Assembly: GCA_963514005.1 (NCBI GenBank)
Contig: OY740808.1
Location: forward strand, 12,772,001-12,836,000
DNA from: Raja brachyura
Taxonomy: Eukaryota
Length of the DNA stretch: 64,000 nucleotides
Direction of reading: 5' to 3'
How positions within the stretch are numbered: the stretch's first letter is position 1; each line of letters begins with the position of its first letter. The notes under the pieces are model-generated. The model did no database searches. It was not told the origin of the DNA and saw only the letters and a list, made by a program, of their open reading frames with translations. The position numbers and the translations under genes are program-made. Below, piece by piece: positions 50,591 to 62,100 of this stretch.

Positions 50591-51368
50591 GGAAGATTCA
50601 ATCTTTGCTGTTTACTCCCTCAGAAAAAAAATGCAACCTACAGCGGTGATTGTGATGGAACATGACATGATAACAACAGCTTAAGCGCAATTGAAATAAG
50701 AATCCCGCCACCGGTTAATGTCAGTGTCTTTGGTGATAAAGGATGGAGGTGCGGTGCAGAGTGTGGATGGTGTAAAGTGGAGGTGGGAACAAACCATTAG
50801 TTTTACAGAATCTTGCAGAAATGTTGGGAATGAATGTCGTTTCCGGTACATTTCCAGGTATGCGCATAACTTGCCTTTATTTACAGTACGTAACGGTGCA
50901 CCTTACGAACATAATTAATAAACCCTTTAATCCCTGAAGGTGTGGAACGTTTTTGACCAAAAGATCAACCTGAAATGTCAAATCAATTTCTCACTTCAGG
51001 CCGCCTCGCCTGTTGAGTATTAACAGCATTTTCTGCCAACTTTGTGGATTCTTATTGGAGTTAAGATCACGTTTGTCATGATTGGTTTAGAACGCATTGT
51101 ATAAATTAACGAATGGCACAAACTCACTACTGTTCTGCGATTGTAATTCGGGATCGAGATTGAGGGAAAATAAATCAGCGTTTCTTGCTCAAATGTACAA
51201 GACAACACAATCCGTATTAAGTCGTCATGTTTGGGGTCAGAAATAAATCCAAGAGAATCAACAATGCATTTGACAATAGTTTTAAAACTTTACTCAACGT
51301 CTGCAAAGAATACCTTGGTACAATAACAACATATGTGGTTTTAGTTAACGCAATTGAATCGACGATGC

Positions 51369-51374
51369 TTTATT
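51369..51374 (-). terminator. Polyadenylation signal of cluster 3
   Basis: AATAAA on the minus strand about 180 nt after the stop. Confidence 0.7.
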
Positions 51375-51552
51375 CAAGAACGATATTCTTTCGAAAAAAC
51401 AACATATAAAGCGAACAAGTCATAAAAATCAAGGTTTCAACTATGAATGGCGTTTCTTTATGAAAATTCCGAAAGACAAAGACTACTTTTGTCACATGGA
51501 AAAACCCAATGGTGATTAACTAACTTTGGGGAGTTAGCTCACGCTTCAAACA

Positions 51553-51875
51553 TCAGATACAGCTGGATCTCATGATAGTTGTCTTCAGTGGGTTTGCCTG
51601 AGTCTGGTGTTTAACCACACATGAGTAAAGCTCGTGTAAGTTCCACTCTGAGGCTGTCAGAGTCAGGTAACTGCTGAGACTGAACGTGTTGTCCTTATCC
51701 TGCTGGATCGGGCTGGTCTCAACGCCGCTATTTTTTACACCGCCGTCGACGCTCCACTCAACGGCCACCGATCCCGGATTAAAGCCGTTCACCAAGCACA
51801 CCAGGGTGGCGGTGTCCATTGAGGTAACTTCATTGGCTGAAGGCGGGAGGACCGTCACGATCGGTGCCCGAGGAT
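51553..51875 (-). CDS. IgL cluster 3 constant exon
   Basis: ORF 51553..51858, C1-set domain ending RSSCI*. Confidence 0.95.
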
Positions 51876-53423
51876 CTGTTTAATAAGAAGTCACATTTTA
51901 GTGGAGAAATGCTGTCGTCTGAAAATGCTGAAAATACATCTCATTAAAGCACACATTTATTCATTTATAGAAATGTCCTTTTATTCCCGACCTATTTCCA
52001 ACCATTATAGTAGGGGTTTTTTTAATTGGTTGAACAATAAATAAAGTACGTGAAAGCAACTAGAATAGATCCTGTCGGCCCTTTGCATTAACTCCGGGAA
52101 AACATCAGTGATAGATCGTGGCTGCTCTATTTTATAACTCTGAATACATTATTATAACTTTTATAATGTTCATTTTACTACACATCTTGGACTTTACATT
52201 TATATCAATATATCAGCAGATATAAACGATTCGCGGCAGCGAAATTTATAATAACAGATTTCAACTTATTGTCGGCACACATTGAGACGGAGGGTGACGC
52301 TATTTAAGTTCGGCAAAAATATAAGGAAACTAGTCTTCGAAAGCCACGGTCACCGATTCGCAGGTGGCGTTCACAAGCAAGGATGACATCGCAGTTCGAA
52401 TGTACATTTGTATTTGAAGTGCACTGCTGCGTCTACGAAAGCTGCTCTACGTATTAAACAACATTTCTGAAGGAACAGTGCGAAACTTTCTCCTTTCGCA
52501 TTTCGCATTTCGATATCCTTGTTAAACCCGTCAACCGGAATTTTGACTGTGTTGACTATTAACGTTGCTGCCAAGATCCAAGTAGCTACAATCCTTAGCG
52601 AGGTAATTCACTCAAAGTCGCTACAGTCCCGTGGTATCCTGGTCACAAAATATGTTTGTTGAGAAATTGATTGATTGTTCGTCTGTAAAAGCTCAAGACA
52701 AATCATTAGCTCGCTTTTGCAGTCATTTCACTAAGTTATGTCCAAGTGAACTCGGAACAACTGTATAGCAAGACCGCACTATCTGCACTGAAATGCAGCT
52801 GGCCGGATCAAGTGCAATGTGAACTTACGGCATGAAATCAAGCAATATCTGCATTAAAAGAAAAAGAAAACTGCGCGCTGCCCGAAGAATATATTTTACT
52901 TACCGCCAATACCCAGCCTCGTTCCTCTACCAAAAAAATAACCAGCTTCCCATTTGGCACAGTAATAGTCCGCAGCATCTTCCGGTTGAACGTTCGATAT
53001 TTGTAATGTTCCCGTGTTGCCTGACTTTGACGGGGAGAAACGGTCTGGAACGTCCGTGCCTTTTTCAATGCTGCCACTTGAATGATAGTAGAATAGATAC
53101 TTGGGAGTTTTGCCAGGAATCTGTTGGTACCAGGAGGTATATTTTACGCCTGAACTGGAACCCGATATGGTACAGGATATTTGCATTGTCTGTCCCGTAG
53201 AGGTGGACATCGAAGGCGGCTGACTTACTGTAACTGCTGCGCTTAAGTCTGAGAAAAGAGAAATATCAGAAAAAAAGAAAATAGTTAAGTTTGTTGAAGT
53301 GATGGAGATACCCCCAAATTAATGGTGAACAGAAATAAGTATAATGTCCAGGAATGTAAAATACTCACAAACTGCGCAAAAAACCAACGCACCGACCACA
53401 CGGATCCAATACGACATTTTCAT
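51553..53423 (-). CDS. IGL: Ig light chain gene, cluster 3; exons 53423-53369, 53248-52904, 51875-51553
   Basis: Spliced ORF MKMSYWIRVVGALVFCAV/YLSAAVTVSQPPS...YYCAKWEAGYFFGRGTRLGIG/DPRAPIVTVLPPS...RSSCI*; intact. Confidence 0.95.
52904..53248 (-). CDS. IgL cluster 3 germline-joined VJ exon
   Basis: ORF 52896..53210; V motifs continuous with FGRGTRL; FR3 reads RFSPSKSGNTGTLQISNVQPEDAADYYC. Confidence 0.95.
53369..53423 (-). CDS. IgL cluster 3 leader exon
   Basis: 55 nt from ATG to a GTGAGT donor. Confidence 0.88.
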
Positions 53424-53660
53424 TAACCGACTGAGCTCCGATAGGGCGGCAGCTTCCAGGGCGAGTGGCGTGTAATCTTGCTCTCTGGCTCTCTTTATAA
53501 ATGGAAAGACGAGATGTCACCGTGTGTTTATCTCTCCAAACCAATCAAACCGGTATGCTCGTCGAAGCCAACCAGAATTTGCCAGATTCTTCCTCAAAAT
53601 ATTCGCCACTGTGAAACATGCAGGTCTTATTTTAGAGATTTGTATTTCTAAAAAGCTTCA
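53424..53660 (-). promoter_or_regulatory. IgL cluster 3 promoter
   Basis: TATAAA at 53499-53494, CRE-like motif and the proximal inverted CCAAT are intact; the distal one is mutated (gccaacc). Confidence 0.6.
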
Positions 53661-54966
53661 TGCGTTCTCATACATAGAGCATAATGAAAAGGATTGCCGT
53701 AGTTGCCCCTTCATTATAAACAAACAATCTCTAATTTTCTGTATGACCCCTCCGCATGTATATACTAAACTGATTGCGAGTTTTAAATATTATATTCGGT
53801 AACTGGTTAATCACCAATGAAAACGGAATAGAAATATTTATCTAAACGGGCCAACTGAATCCGTATCGCTGATTTCCTTCGCCCCATGGATGCTGCCTCA
53901 CCCGCTGGGTTTCTACCGCAATTTTGTCTACCTCCGTATCGCTGAAAATAACATGATAACAGTCACCTCCTCAGCACTGTTTTATTAAAAAGAACATTAA
54001 ATCTAGATATCTTTGTAATTGTAGAAATCATAAACCCCACTGGTTGCCCTTCTACTTGTGTATCAGATAATTTAAAAAGGTCCTGAGGGGACAGAACATC
54101 ACTACAAATGTCAGTAAAGTTGCCGTTTTGGAGACTATTTTGACTGCTCGATGTGTGTCGTGCTTGGAAAAGCGGTCTGTGATACTCCCATAATGTAATG
54201 CGCAGTACATCGCCAAACTTGCCACGACTCAAAATGGAAGGTTTACCACTGCCAAATGAATGCATACATGAGTGAAGTTAGGGGTCAGATTGGCTCTCAC
54301 CGAACACTTCCAGAGTTCTTTCGACGTTGTAGTATGACAGGACGACATGAATTTTACATACAGCACATCCATATTCAATTAAAGTTGAATGGAATAGGGG
54401 CACTCCAGCTATCTTGTAAAACTGACAAGGGAGAAACGCGAAGAGCGGTTTTCGGGAAATAGCGGGTGAGAAAAAGAAATATCATGAATAATTGTCCTTA
54501 AATTGTCATTCAACTATATTAAGTTTGCAGTGCACATGACTGGTCAGCCATCCGTTAACTTAACCGTTCATCCTTTCACCACTACGTTTTCCCCATGACC
54601 TGCCTCGGATTTCCAGGAAGCTCCGGCTTTCTTCCACACTACAAAGACAAATTCGTAGGTCCATTGGCTTGGTAAAATTATATATTGCCCCTAAAGTGTG
54701 TCAGAAAATGTTAATGTGCGGGGACTGTCGATCAGTGGGCAGAAGGGCCTGTTTCGGCGCTGCAACTCCAAATTAAACTAAAGTGACTACAATTTGTAAC
54801 ATCTACAGAATAAGCTGTAATTGCGCGCATAAGCCATTCTGAACGTAGGCATGTCACTACGACTAGTAAGTTCACCTAATGTTTATTTACACAGGTCCTT
54901 GCTCTCACCGTTCTCATCCTTCTCTCACTGCTGCATGTTTTCAACTTGCAACGTGGAATACCGTGA

Positions 54967-56537
54967 GATGGGCTGCATCACAGAGTACTTAAGGAAGTAG
55001 CTCCGGAAATAGTGGATGCGTTGGTGATAATCTTTCAAAACTCTTTAGATTCTTGAGTAGTTCCTGAGGATTGGCGGGTAGCAAACGTAACCCCTCTTTT
55101 TAAGAAGGGAGGGAGAGAGAAAACGGGGAATTACAGACCAGTTAGTCTAACATCGGTAGTGGCGAAACTGCTAGAGTCAGTTATTAAAGATGGGATAGCA
55201 GCATATTTGGAAAGTGGTGAAATCATTCGACAAAGTCAGCATGGATTTACGAAAGGTAAATCATGTCTGACGAATCTTGTGGAATTTTTCGAGGATGTAA
55301 CTAGTAGCGTGGATAAGGGAGAACCAGTGGATGTGGTGTATCTGGACTTCCAGAAGGCTTTCGACAAGGTCCCACATAAGAGATTAGTATACAAACTTAA
55401 AGCATATGGCATTGGGGGTTCAGTATTGATGTGGATAGACAACTGGCTGGCAAACAGGAAGCAAAGAGCAGGAGTAAACGGGTCCTTTTCACAATGGCAG
55501 GCAGTGACTAGTGGGGTACCGCAAGGCTCAGTGCTGGGACCCCAGCTATTTACAATATATATTAATGATCTGGATGAGGGAATTGAAGGCAATATCTGCA
55601 AGTTTGCGGATGACACTAAGCTGGGGGCAGTGTTAGCTGTGAGGAGGATGCTAGGAGACTGCAAGGTGACTTGGATAGACTGGGTGAGTGGGCAAATTTT
55701 TGGCAGATGCAGTATAATGTGGATAAATGTGAGGTTATCCACTTTGGTGGCAAAAACAGGAAAGCAGACTATTATCTAAATGGTGGCCGATTAGGAAAAG
55801 GGGAGATGCTGCGAGACCTGGGTGTCATGGTACACCAGTCATTGAAAGTAGGCATGCAGCTGCAGCAGGCAGTGAAGAAAGCGAATGGTATGTTAGCTTT
55901 CATAGCAAATGTATTTGAGTATAGGAGCAGGGACGTTCTACTTCAGTTGTACAGGGCCTTGGTGAGACCACACCTGGAGTATCGCATACAGTTTTGGTCT
56001 CCAAATCTGAGGAAGGACATTATTGCCATAGAGGGAGTGCAGAGAAGGTTCACCAGACTGATTCCTGTGATGTCAGGACTGTCTTATGAAGAAAGACTGG
56101 ATAGACTCGGTTTATACTCTCTAGAATTTAGGAGATTGAGAGGGGATCTTATCGAAACTTACAAAATTCTTAAGGGGTTGGACAGGCTAGATGCAGGAAG
56201 ATTGTTCCCAATGTTTGGGAAGTCCAGGACAAGGGGTCACAGCTTAAGGATAAGGGGAAACTCCTTTAAGACCGAAATGAGAAAGATTTTTTTCACACAG
56301 AGAGTGATGAGTCTCTGAAACTCTCTGCCACAGAGGGTAGTTGAGGCCAGTTCATTGGCTATGTTTAAGAGGGAGTTATATGTGGCTCTTGTGGCTAATG
56401 GGATCAAAGAGTATGGAGAGAAGGCAGGTATGGGATACTGAGTTGGATGAACAGCCATGATCATATTGAATGGCAGTGCAGGCTCGAAGGACCGAATGGC
56501 CTACTCCTGCACCTAATTTCTATGTTACTATGTTTCT
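54967..56537 (+). mobile_element. Young CR1 LINE, 5'-truncated, RT nearly intact
   Basis: ORFs 55159..55779 and 55671..56318 with [45 protein letters not shown]; one frameshift at ~55625; 8-mer tail. Confidence 0.95.
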
Positions 56538-56789
56538 TATCAGTCCCCTTATGTATAACCTCAACAGAATGGTCACCAGGGCATTCAAGAACCAGACGCA
56601 TAATTCATAAATTCATAAATTAATTGTTCTAGGAGCAGAATTAGGCCATTCGGCCCATCAAGGCTACTCCAGCATTCAATCATGGCTGATCCATCTTACC
56701 CTCTCAATCCCATTCTTATGTCTTATCTCTGTACTCACAGTATCAATCAAGAAACTGTCAATCTCGACTTCAAAATTATTCAATTATTG

Positions 56790-58775
56790 GAAAGTAATGA
56801 AGGGATCGGACAAATTTAGCAAGGATTTATGAAGGGCAAATCATGCTTGACTAATCTTCTGGAAGCTTTTGAGGATGTAACAAGTAGAATGGAAAAGGGA
56901 GAGCCAGTTGATGTGTTTCATCTGGACTTTCAAAAAGCCTTTGACAAGGTCCCACACACGAGATTAGTGTGCAAAATTAGAGTACATGATATTGGGAGAA
57001 GGGTATTGATAAGGAACTGGTTGGCAGGCAGGTAGCAAACAAAAGGAATTGATGGGGCCTTTTCAAAATGGCAGGCAGTGACTAGTGGGGTGCCGCAAGG
57101 CTCTCTGCTGGAACCCCGGTTATTTACAATATATATTAGCAATCTAGATGATGGAATTAAAAGTAACATCTCCAAGTTTGAGGATGAAACAAAGCTGGGT
57201 GGCAGCACGAGCTGTGAGGAAGGTGGTATGGGGCTGTAGGATGACTTGGATAGGTTGGGTGAGTGGGCAGATACATGGCAGATGCAGTATGATGTGGATA
57301 AATGTGAGGTTATCCACTTTGGAAGCAAGAACAAGAAGGCAGATTATTATCTGAATTATGTCAGTTTGGGAAAAGGTGTGGTGTAACGAGGCCTGGATCT
57401 CCTTGTACATCAGTTACTGAGTGTAAGCATGCAGGTACAGCAGGCACTGAAGAAAAGAAAATGGCAAGTTTGCCTTCATAGTGAGAGGATTTGAGTATAG
57501 GAACAAGGAGGTCCTACTGCAGTTGTACAGGGCCTTGATGAGACCACACCTGGACAATTGTGTTCATCTTTGGACCCTAATTTGAGGAAGAGCATTCTTG
57601 CTCTTGAGGGAGTGCAGCATAAGTTCACCATGTTAATTCCCGGGATGGCGGGACTGACATATGATGAAAAAATGGGACGACTGGGCTTGTATTCACTAAA
57701 ATTAGAAGGATGAGAGGGGATCTTACAGAAACATATAAAATTCTGAAAGGATTGGACAGTCTATAGGCGATGTTGGGGGTGAACAGAATCAGGCGTTAGA
57801 GATTAAGAATGAGGGGTAGGCCATTTTGGACCGAAATGAGGAGAAACGCTTTCACCAAAGAGAGTTATGAATCTTTGCAATTCTCTGCCACAGAAGGCAG
57901 TGGAGGCCAACTCATTGGATGTTTTCAAGAGAGTTAGATATAGCTGTTAGGACTAACAGAATCAAGGGATATGGTGGGAAATGCAGGATCGGAGTACTGA
58001 TTATGGACAATTAGGCATGATCATATTGGATGGCGTTGCTGGCTCGAAGGGCCAAATGGCCTACTACTGTACCTATTTTCTATGTTTCTATGTAAAAATA
58101 TCCATGCCTATCTTTGGCAATTGATTCCAAAGATTCACCACCCTCTGACTAAAAAAATCCTCCTCATCTCCTTTCTAATGATACGTCCTTTAATGCTGAG
58201 TCTATGGCCACTGGCCCCAGACACTCCCACCAGTGGAAACATCCTCTCCACGTTTATCTATACAAGCCTTTCACTATTTGGTAAGTTTCAATAAGGTACC
58301 CCTTCATCCTTCTAAACGCCTGCGAACACAAGCCCTGTGACTTCAAACCGTCATCACATATTAACCCAATTAATCCTGGGATCATTCTCGTAAACCTCCT
58401 CCAGACCCTCTCCAAAGCGAACACATATTTCCTCAGATACGCGGCCTAAAACTGCGCATGATAATCCAAATCCAGTCTGATCAATTCCTTATAATGCCTC
58501 AGCATTGCATCCATGTTTTGTATTCTAGCCCTCCTGAAATTAATCCTAGCATTGCATTCACATTCCTTTCTACTGATTCGAATTGCAAATTCACTTTTTG
58601 GTAATCCTGCAACAGCACTCCCAAGTCCCTTTGTATCTCTGATCTGTGAATTATTTCCGCATTTAGAAAATAGTCTATGCCTTTATTCCTGCTACCCAAA
58701 TTCATGACTCCACACTTTGCTGTGCTGTACTCCCACTACTCAGTTCACTCCCCCAACATATTCAAGTCGTTCTGC
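56790..58775. mobile_element. CR1 fragments (+ 56790-58090; - 58095-58775)
   Basis: Paralogous to 940-2620. Confidence 0.85.
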
Positions 58776-59370
58776 AGAGTCCAGGAACTGCAGGTGCTCA
58801 TTTGCATTGGGCGCTTGGTGCAGAAGCTGCCACCTATCCTGTGTCTCCAGAGTTTCTGCCTGCCTGTTGATTTAGTTCAGCAATTTGTGTTTATCTTCTG
58901 CATAATAAAGTAGTTGGCTCCAATGTAACTTCCTGGCACATGAAGGCTTGGAACTATATCATCTTTCACACTTCCTTGATCCAACCTTTCGATTTATAAC
59001 ATGAATGGCATCAGATTATAGTTGTTGAAGATAGACAAAATAGGAGACCGTCCCGAACAATAGATGAGGTGGAGAAGGTGCAAGTAAACCTCTGCCTTAC
59101 CTGAAATGACTGTCGGGGTCCCTGGATACAGTTGAGGTGGGAAGTATAAGGACGGGATTGCATCTTCTGCAGTTGCAAGAGAAAGTCCCTGGGGAGAGGG
59201 TGGTTTGGGCTGGAACTGAAGAATGAACCAGAGATTTCAGAGGGAATGGTCACTGCAGAACCCAGAAAGGTGGGGCAGGGGGGGGGGGGGGGGGGGTTGG
59301 GGGGGGGTGGGGGTTGGAAGATGCGACTAGTGATGGGATCCCTTTGGAATTGATGAAAATTTTGAAGAAT

Positions 59371-62100
59371 AATAGTAAGATTAAACAGTCTTACCAGTTT
59401 GAAGTTTGATCTTTATTTTATGAGGAGTTACGATGAGCGATTACGTGAAGAAACCCATTTGTCGGCATGCGAGTCATTCTTCAAAGCAGCGGTGTGAAAT
59501 CACAGAAGAACAACAATTGGAGTATTATAGTAAGATTATAAACCTAGAACTACCAGATGAGCTTTGTGATATGAGGGTTTGGAGCGGTGGGCACGTAAGC
59601 GCTCATCGCAACTTCTCATAAAATTAAGATCAAACTTCAAACTGGTAAGTTCTCATTTAATCTTACTATTTTACTTCGGAGTCACGTGAGTGATTCTGTG
59701 AAGATTTCAAAGGTCTGTGATGTCACGCCAATTCAAATCCAGATGTCTCACACTGCAATCAGTTGACTCAGGAGGAGTGAATACAGCAAAACATCGAAAC
59801 ATGATACTGATTAACAAGTTAAAGCTTTAATTCACAAATAAACAAATATACAATAGCGACTCCTCTCTCCCAGGGAGAAGCTGTGAAACAGAACTTAAAG
59901 CATAATGGGCGAACACCCCGGCTTCAACAAATGGTTTATTATAAAACCTTTGAAAAGTTAATTAATTTGACCATCCTGTGGCCACGAGGATATGGTCTGG
60001 AGGGATGTCCATTGCCCTCGCCGCTAACGTTGATGCCGCCCTGGTGTAGTGAGATTTAAAATTGTCAGTATTAACTCCTGCACACCCCAACACTTGCTTC
60101 AGCCATCATGAAATGGTCTGAGCTGACACTTTCATATGTGGCCTTTTGTGGCTAATAAACAATGCTTGCTCAGAGCCTCTAAGGCTCTTCGTGACTTCAA
60201 TATAACACCGCAAGTGCGCCACCACACTCAGCCGTAAATCCATGGGAAAAGCTGACAGTACAAGCTTGAACCCGGACACCCCTGGCCTGCTTTGTTTAAT
60301 TAGGTCATAGATGTAAAATTTAGCATCATTCTGTGAGGACACCATCCTGTCCAGGTGCAATTTTTGCAAGGTCTGAACCCTTAGCGCCGATACGAGCTTA
60401 ATCCATGAGCTTGACTAACTTAAGGGGATTCTTTGTTAAGGGCAAAGATGTGGCTGTACCTCATTGACGAAGCAGGGTCAGTACCATGCTTACATCCCAG
60501 ATTTCAGAATACCTAGGCCTGGGAGGATTAGAATTAAAAACACCCTTCATAAATCTGGAAATTAACGGATGAGATCCTATAGATGGAAGGTCTGACCCCC
60601 AGCATATGTACGAGGATAAAGCGTTCCTGGCACTGTTGATGGCACTATAGCTCAACCCTTCATCGAAATGTAAGTTAGACAGAAATTCGAGCACATCTGG
60701 GATGGAGGCTGTGTAGTATGTAATGTTCCCCTGTAAACAAAATTCCTCCTATTTCCTGACATGAGCGATGTACTTGCCTTTTCGTACTATCCCTCCAGGA
60801 TGCTGTGATGACATCTAAGGTCCGATTGGATAGTCCCAGACCCAGATATGGCATTCTTTAAATCTGCAAATCAACAAATTTAGACGATCATACAATGGGT
60901 GTTGACCTCCAGTCACAGGGTGCACTAACAGATTATGACATTTTGGAACCACCATAATACGCTGTGTACTAATACCCGAAATCAGAGGGAACCATGGCTG
61001 TGTAGGCCAGTCGGGTACCACCAAAACCCCTGAAGCGGACTCCTGTGTGATCTTAGTCAAGCACCGACTGATGAGGCAGAAGGGGGGAAATGCATATAAA
61101 AACATTCCGCCCCAGTGCAGCGAGAATGCATCTCACTGCAACTGCCCCTGGGTCTGGTTCCCATGAAATATATTTCGGTACCTGGTGCTTAAGTCTGGAT
61201 GCAAACAAATCAATATCTGGTACCCCATACTGGAGAACAATTTCCTCAAATACATCATGATTCAACATCCACTCAGTGTTGTCGTTGAATTTGCGTGACC
61301 TGGTGTCTGCCACATATTTTATCTGCCTGGCAAGTAGACAGCTGATATCCAAATATTCTTTTTAATGCACCAGTGCCAAATAAAGTTAGCCAAACCATCA
61401 CAAGATTTGGGTTTGATTCCACCCATGTGATTGACATAAGCCACTGCCGTGGTTTTGTCAATCTGAAGCTGAACGTGTAAGTGATGCTTAGTGGTACAGT
61501 AAGCTTTGAGCCCATAAAATGCTCCTAGAAGCTCTAAATAATTAATTCAATGTGATTGGAGAATCAACACCTCATGCATATTCCACCTGCTTCCACAGCT
61601 AGACCTGGTGTCAGTAGCACCCCAACCTAGGGCACTAACATCAGTCTGCAAAACAACTGAAGGTGTTTCGATCAAAATGTTGCTAGAACAATTTGAAATG
61701 TTTCTAATCCACCACTGTACATCAGTAATGGCTGCAGATGGTAAGTGCATGGGCCGATTGAAATGACCTGCATGTATTCTCAGTGCCTGTACCTTTGCCC
61801 TCTGTAAATGTTGGTGATGCAAAGGTCCATATTGCACAGCTGGAAAGGCAGTTATCAATTTACCAATTTTGGTAAATTGTTTAATTGAAGGTGATTGCTC
61901 CCCCAAGAGCTTGATACAGCCTTCAATTAAATCTCTTACCCATGGGCAGAGTCACACACATGTTAATTGAATCTGTTGTGAATCCCAAATAGTCAATTGT
62001 GGTAACCGGCACCGATTTGGATTTAGCTGTGTGAATAATGACGCGCATGCCGCCTGGCGAGGTTCTTCACGGAATCACTCACGTGACTCCGAAGTAAAAT
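59371..62100 (-). mobile_element. DIRS1-like tyrosine-recombinase retrotransposon, internally deleted
   Basis: RT C-terminus (IDYLGF), RNase H (LQTDVSALGWG), MT-like domain (DIDLFAS..YAFPPF..VVPDWPTQPWFP), YR (FKSHYTRAAST..GWS..FY); terminal inverted repeats, ICR at 59592-59704, AAT at both ends. Confidence 0.92.

Larger units (their letters stand above)
34261..56537. repeat. Tandem duplication unit 3 (IgL cluster 3)
   Basis: Collinear; carries extra Rex1, L1 and young CR1 insertions. Confidence 0.85.

Noticed and set aside
53179-53186. Perfect octamer ATTTGCAT inside the cluster 3 V exon
   Set aside because: Coincides with Met-Gln-Ile codons and is absent from clusters 1 and 2.
55236-55742. 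Long antisense ORFs over LINE RT regions (also 9543..9866, 18513..18971)
   Set aside because: Shadow ORFs of CR1 and Rex1 coding sequence.
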